A DNA stretch of 64,000 nt, taken from positions 96,001 through 160,000 of the forward strand of contig JAVJNR010000002.1 in assembly GCA_040217195.1 (NCBI GenBank), in the 5' to 3' direction. Below the pieces are notes generated by a model. The model was not told the DNA's origin and did not search any database. It saw only the letters and a program-made list of their open reading frames with translations. The translations under genes were made by a program, and so were the position numbers. Within the stretch, counting starts at the first letter, position 1. Every line of letters begins with the position of its first letter. Shown one piece after another: positions 18,527-28,241 of this stretch. The stretch comes from Leptospiraceae bacterium (GTDB lineage Bacteria > Spirochaetota > Leptospiria > Leptospirales > Leptonemataceae).

Positions 18527-19312
18527 CTAAATATGCTCGTGACTGAACAGATGATCCTGGCAGTATTCATGGTCTTCGCAATCCACGCAGTAGCGAAACT
18601 CCAGTGCTGGATCATCTTGTTCCGTGCGACCGCACACAGTACAGCGATGGATAATCTGAATTGCAGGCTGTGTCGCCTTGGCCTGAAACCGCGCTCTGCG
18701 CACTGGCTGGATTCCTCGCTTCTGCCAGAGAGCTCGACCAAAGAAGATCAAATAATTCAAAAGAGCAAGTGCTGGTCCCAGTAGAGGAAAAACCTGTCCT
18801 TGCAAAAACAGAGTCATGAGAGGGTTCGCAACGATGACGATGACGATCAGTATAGCCACCCATTTGATTTTCACTGGAATGATAAACATGAGCAACATCC
18901 TCATATCTGGATTCAGGGTAGCTACGCCTAGAAAGACTCCCAGGTAAATGTACTCGGGAGGGATGCCGAAAGGGCTGGCCAGTAATGTAAACAGTACGCC
19001 CAGAAGGATATAGAGGTTGAATCTGAAGTCCCCCATCAATGCTTCGAGTTGAGAACCGAAAATCCAGACCAGATACAGGAAGAAGAACAAGAAGAGCCAG
19101 GCACTGAAGCCACTCATGTCCGCGAATGAAAGTCGGAACGGATAAAAGAAGATGTGCCACCACTGATCAGACAGGATGGAGTTCAAGCTAACCCGACCGA
19201 TGCCCAATTGAAATGCCAGATCGGCTCCCGTGACCACCGCGGTGAGTATGATCATTGCCAGAGTTAGGTGGGGTACGGCGAATTTTCCCAGGTGCTTTTC
19301 GAGCCAGCGCAT
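18527..19312 (-). CDS. Membrane protein (rhomboid/derlin-like TM core) with C-terminal Cys/His zinc finger
   Basis: TM segments, 'IPVKIKW', and C-terminal 'CTVC...CVDC..HEYCQDHL..H'. Confidence 0.7.
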   Translation of the reverse strand: MRWLEKHLGKFAVPHLTLAMIILTAVVTGADLAFQLGIGRVSLNSILSDQWWHIFFYPFRLSFADMSGFSAWLFLFFFLYLVWIFGSQLEALMGDFRFNLYILLGVLFTLLASPFGIPPEYIYLGVFLGVATLNPDMRMLLMFIIPVKIKWVAILIVIVIVANPLMTLFLQGQVFPLLGPALALLNYLIFFGRALWQKRGIQPVRRARFQAKATQPAIQIIHRCTVCGRTEQDDPALEFRYCVDCEDHEYCQDHLFSHEHI

Positions 19313-19389
19313 ATGGTAGGGGCTCGTCAGGTGATCCCGGGTCAAGTAGAACTGTATTTACAACAGAGATGGACTTTGCAGTGTCTGCT

Positions 19390-20082
19390 ATGCCCGGATT
19401 GATTCGAAGCACTTTGCGAACCATTGCATGGGAGCTGCGCCAGGAAGGGAAGCATCCGGGTAGTGTACTTTTCTTTTTATCGTTTGCAATAACCCTAAAT
19501 GTTATTTACTATTATGCCTTTGGTCGAGAAGCTCTGGAGAGGCACTCCGGTGGTGGCCTGGTTCTATCGCTATTCTTTGTATCCGTAGTTATTCTGAGCC
19601 GGGGTCATAGCCGGGACCGTGAGGGAGGAGCTCTAAAGGTCTTGCTGGCATCACCGGTGGATCGCATAGGCCTTTATTTGGGACGGGTACTGGCACGAAG
19701 CGGGGTCCTGCTGGTCGTGCTACTGACTAGCTGGCCCATCACCGGATTACTGATCACTGGTCGACCTTTATTATTCGAATCTGGAGTGTTGCCCAGAATG
19801 CTACTATTGATGTTGCTTGGCTGCATAGCCTTGAGCTCCCTGGGAACCATGGTTGTGATGCTTGCTTCCGGGAATCGCTTCCGGGAGATGATTGTTCCTG
19901 TACTTTTTTTTCCGGCCGCTCTTCCATTGTTCATGGTAATCTCCGGTGCTTTCTCGGATGCAGGATTGGTGGAAGTTGCTCAGTATAATCGCCTTGTCAG
20001 TGTAGTCTCACTTATGACCTTGTTCTATATTCTTGTGGGTGGGCTCTTTACCATGCGGATATCGCCCACCGAAGGTGCCTGA
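19390..20082 (+). CDS. ccmB: Heme exporter protein CcmB
   Basis: 'WELRQE', 'DREGGALKVLLASP', 'REMIVPVLFFP'; adjacent to ccmC. Start uncertain (19369 or 19390). Confidence 0.8.
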   Translation: MPGLIRSTLRTIAWELRQEGKHPGSVLFFLSFAITLNVIYYYAFGREALERHSGGGLVLSLFFVSVVILSRGHSRDREGGALKVLLASPVDRIGLYLGRVLARSGVLLVVLLTSWPITGLLITGRPLLFESGVLPRMLLLMLLGCIALSSLGTMVVMLASGNRFREMIVPVLFFPAALPLFMVISGAFSDAGLVEVAQYNRLVSVVSLMTLFYILVGGLFTMRISPTEGA

Positions 20083-20084
20083 CC

Positions 20085-20741
20085 ATGAATCGATTATACT
20101 GGCTGCTATTATTGTTTATTCCCGTTCTTCCCATTACTACTATCTATGCTCTGATCGTGCCTCCAGTGCTACTGGAGCAAGGACAGGCTCATCGCATTTT
20201 CTACATACACGTCCCGGTAGCCTGGGTTGCATTATACGCTCCTCTGATTTCCTCAGTGTCTGGTATACTTTACCTGGTTACCCGACGTCAGGTATTCGAT
20301 AGATGGAATGTAGCCAATGCAAGGATTGCAGTTCTGTTCAGCCTCGGAGTAGTCATTTCAGGACCAATCTGGGCCTATACTGCATGGGGAACATTCTGGA
20401 ATTTCTCCGATCCACGGTTGATGAGCTTTTTCATTCTATTGCTCTGCCTGGGGGGATATTTCCTGGTGCGGCTATTTACGGATGATGTAGAGCGCCGGGG
20501 AATCTATAGCGCTCTTTGGGCCATTATTGCAGCGGCCGCCTCCGTTTTCACATGGCTGGCAATTCGAATCATTGAAACCGATCTACATCCAGGGCCAGTT
20601 CTCAATAATATGGATGAGCGAATCGCCAATGCTTTCTGGTGGAACGTACTGGCCTATCATCTGCTTTTCTGGGTGTTGCTTGTGCTCGGGCTTCAACATG
20701 AGAAGTCCAGAGAAATGGAAGAACGAGAGTTTGCGAAATGA
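20085..20741 (+). CDS. ccmC: Heme exporter / cytochrome c biogenesis protein CcmC
   Basis: 'RIFYIHVPVAW', WWD-type motif 'GPIWAYTAWGTFWNFSDPRL', 'LHP'. Confidence 0.88.
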   Translation: MNRLYWLLLLFIPVLPITTIYALIVPPVLLEQGQAHRIFYIHVPVAWVALYAPLISSVSGILYLVTRRQVFDRWNVANARIAVLFSLGVVISGPIWAYTAWGTFWNFSDPRLMSFFILLLCLGGYFLVRLFTDDVERRGIYSALWAIIAAAASVFTWLAIRIIETDLHPGPVLNNMDERIANAFWWNVLAYHLLFWVLLVLGLQHEKSREMEEREFAK

Positions 20742-20760
20742 GATTACCGGGAGCCTGAAA

Positions 20761-21264
20761 ATGATTACCAACAGAATTAAAACCAAGAGAGCTACTTTTA
20801 TCCAATTTGTAGCGGCCACTAGCCTGGCCCTCGGGATTTTGCTGGTACCCGGGACGAAATACTCTGAGCAACCGGTGCCTGGAGAAAGGGTTCGTCTGGA
20901 GGCCCGGGCGGATGAATTACAATCTCTGGATCCGCGGCAAGCGAAGGAGTTCATTCGAGGCCTGCCTGAACGGGACGCAATCGGTATCTATGATCTTCTG
21001 GTGAGCGAAGCTTCTGACAGAGGCATCGGCCCCCAGGTCTTTTATCTGGCAGAGCACATCCAGACACTACGGGCTACAGAGGCAGCACAGAAACGACTGG
21101 AGAGCCTGATCTGGGTCCTTGGACTGACTCTGTTGCTTTTCGCCGGATATTTGACCTACGTATTGATCGATCAGCGAAGAATCTATCGTAAGATGCTGGC
21201 ACTGAAAGAAGCCAGGAATTCGCATAGTTCTAGAGTACAATCCGACGTTTACACCGGGGAATAG
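20761..21264 (+). CDS. Hypothetical membrane protein with CcmD-like C-terminus
   Basis: N-terminal hydrophobic stretch; C-terminal TM plus basic tail 'LIWVLGLTLLLFAGYLTYVLIDQRRIYRK'; follows ccmC. Confidence 0.55.
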   Translation: MITNRIKTKRATFIQFVAATSLALGILLVPGTKYSEQPVPGERVRLEARADELQSLDPRQAKEFIRGLPERDAIGIYDLLVSEASDRGIGPQVFYLAEHIQTLRATEAAQKRLESLIWVLGLTLLLFAGYLTYVLIDQRRIYRKMLALKEARNSHSSRVQSDVYTGE

Positions 21265-21265
21265 A

Positions 21266-22153
21266 ATGCATCTTTCCGAGGTTCAGACTCTCAATCGTAT
21301 ACTGGCGGAGCCAGGTGTTGAATCTGAATCCGATAGAATATGCGTAGATACCTTTCGAACGCCCTACATTCAGTGGAAAGAGACCTTACAGTGGCCTTCG
21401 CTTTCGGTACTGCACGCTGAAGCTTCCTCGGCTCAGCCCATCCTCGAAGAAATTATGCGCAGATCACCCTGGTTAATTCAGGGGACTCATGTACTGCCCG
21501 AAGCTCGACCCCGAAGGGATGAACCCAATCTTCATCTTGTGAAAGAGTTCGAAACCGCCGGGCAAATCTATCTGCTAAAAATCAAGATTTTGATGACCTA
21601 TATGGGCGGCGCCCAGGGACAGGAGCTGGACGATGGTCAGGTGCAGGACAGGAACCCTGGATTCTTGAGCGATAGAATCTACTTTCAATGCCGATTGTTT
21701 CCGGTTCATTCTGTAAGGAAAGAAGAAGGGGCGATTGTGGATTTTGAGCCAGAGCACTATCGGCCAGCCAGTGGAATGCAGAATACTGTAGGAGAGACTC
21801 ATCAGACCGCTCGATGGAACGTTATGCTATTTGATGAAATGGATTTTAGCGATCTGGAGAAGTCCATTCGAGAATCCGTTTCAAGTCTTCCCTGGAAGCC
21901 CGGCCGACTGTTCAATCCATTTGTGATCGACCACGGAACCGTAAATTGGAATGTGTTTCATCTGAAGGAACTTGAGCACGTTCTAGGATACTTTCATAGA
22001 CTCTGGTTACATCTGCGCGATGGAGCAGAGTTATTGCATGAGGATCATCTATTCTGGGATGCATACTATGAGGCCTGGAAATATGCGCGATTTCTATCCA
22101 GAGGTGGTAATCCACACTGGGAAATTCTCGAAGCACCCGGCTGGCAGCCCTGA
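21266..22153 (+). CDS. Hypothetical protein
   Basis: 295-aa ORF abutting the upstream gene; no motif recognised. Confidence 0.7.
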   Translation: MHLSEVQTLNRILAEPGVESESDRICVDTFRTPYIQWKETLQWPSLSVLHAEASSAQPILEEIMRRSPWLIQGTHVLPEARPRRDEPNLHLVKEFETAGQIYLLKIKILMTYMGGAQGQELDDGQVQDRNPGFLSDRIYFQCRLFPVHSVRKEEGAIVDFEPEHYRPASGMQNTVGETHQTARWNVMLFDEMDFSDLEKSIRESVSSLPWKPGRLFNPFVIDHGTVNWNVFHLKELEHVLGYFHRLWLHLRDGAELLHEDHLFWDAYYEAWKYARFLSRGGNPHWEILEAPGWQP

Positions 22154-22179
22154 GCCTCTGCGAAGATCTTAGTGCGAAA

Positions 22180-23319
22180 ATGGCAATCCGATATAAAATG
22201 AAATCCCCTATAAAAAAAAATAAATTCGCATTCAGTTTAGGTGCGTATCGGGGCCGGGCAATCCGATCGAGCAAACAACAGGAACCGAAACTCTTTCGCA
22301 GGATAATTGCTATGTCCGTGCTGATGCTCATGCTCGGTGCATCCTGCAGTCCTATGAAGCGGATACCTTTCTCCCGCTGCGAAGCTGTGAATGGGCTTGC
22401 TGGTCCCTCTGATCTGGCAATGGAGAATCGCTCCGCTTTTGGTGGGGACCGATTGATCGTAGCCTCCCAGGAGCGCCGGGATAGAGATCCGGAAGGGGAA
22501 TATCTGGATTCCGGTTCTATCAAATTTATTCCCCTGAGCGGTGGAAATCGAAATCAAGTAATTGAGTTTTCCTTTAGCGGAAGGGATGAATATCCGTTTC
22601 ATCCCGAGGCCATCGATATTCTAGTTCATGGCGGTAGCAAGTACCTGTTTGTCATCAATCATGCCAGAACCACGCAGCATGCAGTTGAGATATTTAGAAT
22701 TGAAAAGACAAGCCTTGTGTTTATGGGCCGATTTAGGCATCGATTCATTGAATACCCTTCCGACATAGTTGGTCTGGGCCTGGATGAATTCTATTTAATC
22801 AACAAGCGCTCTTCCAGTGGATTGCAGCACTACGGCCTATCCACAGTATTCACTGGATCAGGGTCATTGATCTATTACAATAATCAAACCTACTATCGAC
22901 TGCGAAGCAACCTGAATGAACCGGAAGGACTGGCAATGAGTCCGGATCAAACCAGGCTGTGGATTAGCCTTGGCGGTTCTGGAGAGCTACTTGCTCTGGA
23001 AAGGGGTAGCGGAACAAATCTGACCGAGCTGGCGCGCATACCGGTTTCGGGATATCCGCTCAGATTGACTTTTTCAGGTAGCGATTCGATGCTACTGGCA
23101 AGCATAGAAAGTGAATGGGATTGGAGCAGTCATGCCACAGATCGATCGGCCAATGCGCCCAGCCGACTTCTGGAAGTGGATGCTACCCGGGGACAAAGCA
23201 AGGTTATCTACCAGGATTCTGGTTCAGAGATAAGCGGCGCCACAGTAGCTCTTCAGGATGGGAATCGAATCTATCTTGGTCAAAAGTACGATGGCTTCGT
23301 TCTAATTTGTAATCGATAA
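22180..23319 (+). CDS. Paraoxonase/arylesterase-like beta-propeller lipoprotein
   Basis: Lipobox 'LGASC', 'FHPEAIDI', 'LFVINH', 'VEIF', 'PEGLAMSPD'; start uncertain. Confidence 0.65.
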   Translation: MAIRYKMKSPIKKNKFAFSLGAYRGRAIRSSKQQEPKLFRRIIAMSVLMLMLGASCSPMKRIPFSRCEAVNGLAGPSDLAMENRSAFGGDRLIVASQERRDRDPEGEYLDSGSIKFIPLSGGNRNQVIEFSFSGRDEYPFHPEAIDILVHGGSKYLFVINHARTTQHAVEIFRIEKTSLVFMGRFRHRFIEYPSDIVGLGLDEFYLINKRSSSGLQHYGLSTVFTGSGSLIYYNNQTYYRLRSNLNEPEGLAMSPDQTRLWISLGGSGELLALERGSGTNLTELARIPVSGYPLRLTFSGSDSMLLASIESEWDWSSHATDRSANAPSRLLEVDATRGQSKVIYQDSGSEISGATVALQDGNRIYLGQKYDGFVLICNR

Positions 23320-23379
23320 TCGGGGATCAATGTAGGTATAGGCGCTTAGCAGCCGGAAACCTCCAAAAATTTTTGCAGC

Positions 23380-25209
23380 TCATCGATATAGCCGTTCTTC
23401 CAGTTTTCGCATAAGGATTTGATGCTTTCGCACCTCTTTCAGTAGGTCTTTCACGAAATCCACTGGTAGTTTGCCGGTTTCTTCCATGGTAACAATTTGC
23501 TGCTGAAGTGGAGCGCCCACGATGCGTATTAGCGAACTGAACTTTTGCCAATTATCGAGAAACCGGGGTCCGCGGAGCAGTTCAGCTAAACCTTTGAGCT
23601 GCTTCTGAAGCGTCTGTATTTCATCCATTCGAATTCTTGCCGGCTGCCTGGAGCCTGAAAACGTCTGAGCTGGTACTGGCAAAGCATCCGGCCGGATAAC
23701 CGGGATCTGAGCTGACTTGTCTGGTGTAGGATTTGTTGCTGCGGGACCAGACGATTGATTCCACCAGTGTGTCACTGATTCATAGCATTCAATGCCAGGA
23801 AAACTGACTCCACCGGAACTCAAAACTGCAATAGAGGCTCGGTCCTTATCCTTCGCAAATCGATCGGAAAACCACTGATAGAAGACCTGTAATTTGTCGT
23901 TGGAGTGAACCGTCGGTCTGGATTCTCCGGGTAAGGAAACAACTGGAATGGCGAATCTCTGTCTATAATTGCCAGTCTCCCTGGATTGAAATCTGTCTTC
24001 CCTAAAACTCCATAACTCTTCCAATGCAGAACCTGAAGCATGCACTCTAGTCCTGGTAAAAGAAAGATCCTGTCCTACCAGAAGAATGCGTCTGCATCCC
24101 AAAAAGAAAGCCAGATCGTAGGCGTTAGTACTGACGGAGCCGCCATAAGATAGTTGCGAGGGTTCCGGTTTCCCACTGAAGGCCAAAATGGTCGATGCTA
24201 GAGGAAATGGGTTGCCGGTGCAGAACATTTTACCCTCCCAACGTCGCAGAGCTAATGGGCTACAGGAAGGATCAATAATTAGAATTGGAGAGGAGGCAGT
24301 CGCAGCATTGTCTTTTGCACTGTTTGTCATGGACTCGCCGGCCAGATGATAAAAGTTGATTGGTTGTGGGTCCACTGTAAGTACAAAATCCGGTGTCAGG
24401 GAATGAAGCCTGCACACGGATAAAGCAGTATCGACTGCGATAATCAATATTGAATCTTGCTGCTTCTTCAGCTCTGCAATCCGGGCTATATGATCAGCCA
24501 GCGATGGGCCGGCACCCAGGACGATGGCAGATTGATTCGAGTAGAGATTTTTGAGTGAATCAATGCTCTGGTTTTCAATAAGGTTGAGTGCATTCGCATA
24601 GAGATTGCGCATCCAGAGAGAGCCGAACCTTGCCAGAGTATTGCGGTTGATTTGTTTTCTCTGAGCGCGACTGTTGAGCTCCGAAAAAAGATTGCGATAG
24701 ATGACATGACTTTGCAAAGCCCCACGATGCGGAAACAGAAGGCAGGACTTCTGATCCAGAAAGGCCCTGGCTTGCTCTGGACTAATTATTTTGCTGAAAG
24801 GAGTTCGATGGCCCTTTGCCTCCTGCAATTTTTGCCTGTGTTCAGAGCGGCCGGGGCCATGCGAGGCCTGCGACCCTGGACTGGTCTGCTCATGCAATGC
24901 ATTGCGTATTTCTTCCAAAGGCTCAACCACAGCCCATGTGATGTCCTGGAGAAAATCTGCCTGTTTTAAAGCCTCAAAAAATGGAGCTCCACCACAACCA
25001 ACGATTAGAATAGACTTTAGTTCCGGTTGTTCTTTTAGCTCCTTCTGTAGCGAGAGAACCAGTCGTTGGGCTTCTTTTTCTGGATCATAAACGCTAGATT
25101 GCGCCCTATTGTTGATGCATGGAATGTCTCGGCCGGATCTGGACTGTTTCCAGGATACGATAGCTGATGGTGCCGTGTTGCCCGAAGATTCTACGTCTTG
25201 CGATACCAT
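23380..25209 (-). CDS. Motility-associated factor (Maf/DUF115) glycosyltransferase-family protein
   Basis: 'GAGPSL', 'IAVDTAL', 'PDFVLTVDPQ', 'GGSVST', 'LVGQDLSF'. Confidence 0.85.
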   Translation of the reverse strand: MVSQDVESSGNTAPSAIVSWKQSRSGRDIPCINNRAQSSVYDPEKEAQRLVLSLQKELKEQPELKSILIVGCGGAPFFEALKQADFLQDITWAVVEPLEEIRNALHEQTSPGSQASHGPGRSEHRQKLQEAKGHRTPFSKIISPEQARAFLDQKSCLLFPHRGALQSHVIYRNLFSELNSRAQRKQINRNTLARFGSLWMRNLYANALNLIENQSIDSLKNLYSNQSAIVLGAGPSLADHIARIAELKKQQDSILIIAVDTALSVCRLHSLTPDFVLTVDPQPINFYHLAGESMTNSAKDNAATASSPILIIDPSCSPLALRRWEGKMFCTGNPFPLASTILAFSGKPEPSQLSYGGSVSTNAYDLAFFLGCRRILLVGQDLSFTRTRVHASGSALEELWSFREDRFQSRETGNYRQRFAIPVVSLPGESRPTVHSNDKLQVFYQWFSDRFAKDKDRASIAVLSSGGVSFPGIECYESVTHWWNQSSGPAATNPTPDKSAQIPVIRPDALPVPAQTFSGSRQPARIRMDEIQTLQKQLKGLAELLRGPRFLDNWQKFSSLIRIVGAPLQQQIVTMEETGKLPVDFVKDLLKEVRKHQILMRKLEERLYR

Positions 25210-25979
25210 TGATATTGGCCCTCAATTCTCCGGACTTCCAGAGGTGTACCGTAGGTATCGGAAATGTTCGCAGATGTTAATATCTGATCAATCTGGCCGC
25301 TATGGAGCACCCTGCCGGCCTGCATCAGTGCTGCATGCGTAGCGTAAATTGGTATCTCCTGGATACGATGTAAAACCATCAATGATGATCGAATACCCGG
25401 CAACAGTTCATGAAATAGATCCTGGATAGACAATTGTGCGGCGATATCCAGACTTTCATACGGTTCATCCAATAGAAGCAACTCTGGTCTGGCTGCAATA
25501 CAGTAAAGTAGCAATGCCCGTCTTCTCTCTCCAGAACTAAGAGTCGTTAACCGTGATCTCTCCGAAATATTCAGTTTTAAATGCGTATGCACCAGTTCCC
25601 TGGCTGTGGAATAATCTGTTTCAGTGGGCCTTGCATAAATAGGCAGTTTTCCAGTTAATCCATACAGAACCAGATCTAGAATTGTAAGTGTGGGATAGTT
25701 CTGAATCAGTCCCTCAGCCTCCCTGGATTCGAAAATACCCAGTCTTTGCTTCAATGGAAATACCGGAACGCCCGGCAATTTAGTTTCGAATAAGCGGATG
25801 CTACCCCGGGTAGGCCATAATCGTAATGCTATTACATTTAAAAGGGTACTCTTTCCGCTGCCGTTGGGACCAAGCAGGACCCAGTGTTCACCGTCTCCAA
25901 GTTTCAGAGTTACTGAATCCAGCAGTGTCGCTTCATTGCGAATAACAGAGACCTGATTGAGTTCTACCAGAGTTGTCAT
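25191..25979 (-). CDS. ABC transporter ATP-binding protein (ModF-like)
   Basis: Walker A 'GPNGSGKS', signature 'LSSGE', Walker B 'LLLLDEP'. Confidence 0.88.
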   Translation of the reverse strand: MTTLVELNQVSVIRNEATLLDSVTLKLGDGEHWVLLGPNGSGKSTLLNVIALRLWPTRGSIRLFETKLPGVPVFPLKQRLGIFESREAEGLIQNYPTLTILDLVLYGLTGKLPIYARPTETDYSTARELVHTHLKLNISERSRLTTLSSGERRRALLLYCIAARPELLLLDEPYESLDIAAQLSIQDLFHELLPGIRSSLMVLHRIQEIPIYATHAALMQAGRVLHSGQIDQILTSANISDTYGTPLEVRRIEGQYQWYRKT

Positions 25980-25988
25980 GAATGGCGA

Positions 25989-27482
25989 TTAGCCCCCGCC
26001 AGACATTTCGTATTCCTTTTCCATTCGCTCCACCAATCCCTGAAACTGGATAGGGCTTTCAATACCAAAATCCTTGCGAATGTCCTCTTCAATGGAAAAA
26101 TAATCCACAGTGCCGCCGGCAGCCTGTTGAATTCGCACAGCAAGATATACACAATGAATCAATCGTCTGTAAGGCTCCTCGGCTTGAAGAGGTTTCTGTT
26201 GATACCTGATAGCCTGAACGATTGCTTCCGGAAATTGCCATCGCTCGGCAAGCATTGCTCCCACTTCCGGATGGCCGATACCCAGAGCTACCTCTTCCAT
26301 CATGGCTGTGTTTCGGATTCGGCCTCGTTCGAGCATATCCTGGATTTTCTGGATCAACTCTGGCTTCATGGAGATCAGCACAATTTTTCCCAGCTCGTAC
26401 AGCAATCCACTGACACTGGCAAAATCCCTGGCAAAAGAATCCTGTCGTGCAAGCTTGCCCGCAAAAAAAGAGACCCGGTTTGAGTTATCCCAGATGGACT
26501 CCAGATCCTTTTTGCGATACCTGGAGGACATTATTTTGCGGGCACCGGCCACCATCAAAAGGTTACCCAATCCTTTTAATCCGATGATTTTGATTGCATC
26601 CGTTAGACCTGGGCTCCTGGTGCGAGTCATGAAACCTGCAGAGTTCGCCAGTTTCAGGACCTGCGCCGTTAATGCAGGATCCTTTTCAACTCTGGCAGTA
26701 ATAATCTGTATGGAGGAGGATTCACTGTTGCAGAGGTTCCACAGTTCCTGAATGTTCTCCGGAAACGATGGAAGTGCATCCAGTTCATCCAGAACACTTT
26801 TGATATACTGATTACGATTCTTTGCTTCTTCCTGATCTCGCGGTAGGGCCACTCGTGCAATTGTTTCTTCTTTTGTGGTATCGATGCGAAAATGATTTCC
26901 CGGAACTCCGGCATTCTGAAGCAGTACCAGAGTCAACACCAGTCCCAGGCCTGCGCCTTCCGATTCGTCGCGTACTGTTGCAAATACGGCGTCCAGTTCT
27001 TGATGCTCTTTGAAAAGCTCCAACCGGGACTGAATTCTTTCTACCTCTCTGGGAAGTAGAGGGGCGTTGTTTCGAACTTCAATATGGAGATGCTTTTCTT
27101 TTAACTGGAAGTAAAGCCTTGTGTAATACTCATTTTGTTTGTGCTGTTTTCTGAAATCTTCCCAGTGCTCCAGAACTCGATTCGCGAATCCTTTCATTGC
27201 ACGGGTATAGTCCGTTTCAGTACTCAAATCTACATTTTCAAAGTGCAAATAGATTCGCTTTGCATTTGCTTTGGAGGCATTGGATAACAACTCTTTTGTA
27301 ATGACAAAGGTAGGCTCGGATAGAAAGGCTAGATCCAACTCGGAAAGAAGCCTGTATATAAAATCAGAAAGCTCATTAACTTCCCGATCGACCAGACCGG
27401 GAAATGTGATGGTGAGCAGTTCTCCAGAGAGAACAGCCCTGAGGGCATCTCCCCGCTCTTTGTGCGTATCAAAGGGAAGCAC
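25989..27482 (-). CDS. HATPase-like N-terminal domain fused to HDOD domain (signalling protein)
   Basis: N-terminus 'KELLSNASKAN', 'GAGLGL'; HDOD 'LPSFP', 'DPALTAQVLKLANS', 'GLLYELGK', 'HPEVGAMLAERWQFP'. Confidence 0.85.
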   Translation of the reverse strand: MLPFDTHKERGDALRAVLSGELLTITFPGLVDREVNELSDFIYRLLSELDLAFLSEPTFVITKELLSNASKANAKRIYLHFENVDLSTETDYTRAMKGFANRVLEHWEDFRKQHKQNEYYTRLYFQLKEKHLHIEVRNNAPLLPREVERIQSRLELFKEHQELDAVFATVRDESEGAGLGLVLTLVLLQNAGVPGNHFRIDTTKEETIARVALPRDQEEAKNRNQYIKSVLDELDALPSFPENIQELWNLCNSESSSIQIITARVEKDPALTAQVLKLANSAGFMTRTRSPGLTDAIKIIGLKGLGNLLMVAGARKIMSSRYRKKDLESIWDNSNRVSFFAGKLARQDSFARDFASVSGLLYELGKIVLISMKPELIQKIQDMLERGRIRNTAMMEEVALGIGHPEVGAMLAERWQFPEAIVQAIRYQQKPLQAEEPYRRLIHCVYLAVRIQQAAGGTVDYFSIEEDIRKDFGIESPIQFQGLVERMEKEYEMSGGG

Positions 27483-27694
27483 AGAAACTTATATGCTTGA
27501 AGCACCCTTGCCGGCAACAAATTTCGCAGTTCCTGAATGAAGGCAGCCTGGTCCAGAGACCCGCAACAGAATCAAAGGGCGGTGCATTAGATTAAACTTT
27601 CGGAGTTGAGTCCGGCCGTTGTATCACTTAGTATCCTGTACCCGGGAGCAGTATATCCAATCGGCGATTTCTATCTGCTAAGACCTGAGTTTAC

Positions 27695-28138
27695 TCATTC
27701 TTCCAGGTCTTCAAAACTGCCATCCGCAGCCAGGCGGAAGGCCCCCAGAAATTCATGGGGCAGGGAAGCCCCCCATTCCTGCGGGGAGAGGATGGAAAAG
27801 TGCTTATCTCCATTCTTCTTCTTGTACAGATACAATGCCATGCCGGGTTTCTTTTCGAAATTGCATTTAATTCGGTGAAGTTCCATGTCACGTTCTGCCC
27901 GGCCTATGATATCTTTGGCTTCTTCTTGCAGGGTTCGAATCTGTCGCGCAATAACATCTAATTTGCCATGGACATGACTTTGAACAATTTCATCTGCTTT
28001 TTCGATTTCCTGAGCCCTCTGTACCAGACTAAAAGGAGGGTCACTGGTACGGGCCGGATGCGTCATGCTCCGTCGGTCATCCAGGATGGGTTCTTTCTTA
28101 TTGTGGCGGGCTGTTTGCTGACTCTCCTGATTTTCCAT
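27695..28138 (-). CDS. DUF2452-like protein
   Basis: 'KLDVIARQIRTLQEEA', 'KCNFEKKPG..YLY', 'SILSPQEW', 'GAFRLAADGS'. Confidence 0.7.
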   Translation of the reverse strand: MENQESQQTARHNKKEPILDDRRSMTHPARTSDPPFSLVQRAQEIEKADEIVQSHVHGKLDVIARQIRTLQEEAKDIIGRAERDMELHRIKCNFEKKPGMALYLYKKKNGDKHFSILSPQEWGASLPHEFLGAFRLAADGSFEDLEE

Positions 28139-28241
28139 GGGAATTCCTCTGGGCACAAAGAAGGCGCCCATTTGAAAGAAATGCGCGCCCACCTTCTGAG
28201 TCAACAGGAAAGGTCCCACAGAAACGTGGGACAAATTGCTG

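Noticed and set aside
25191..25979. ABC ATPase as the missing CcmA
   Set aside because: It is on the opposite strand, several kb away, and its 'GEHWVLLGPNGSGKS' and 'LSSGE' features fit the ModF-like group.
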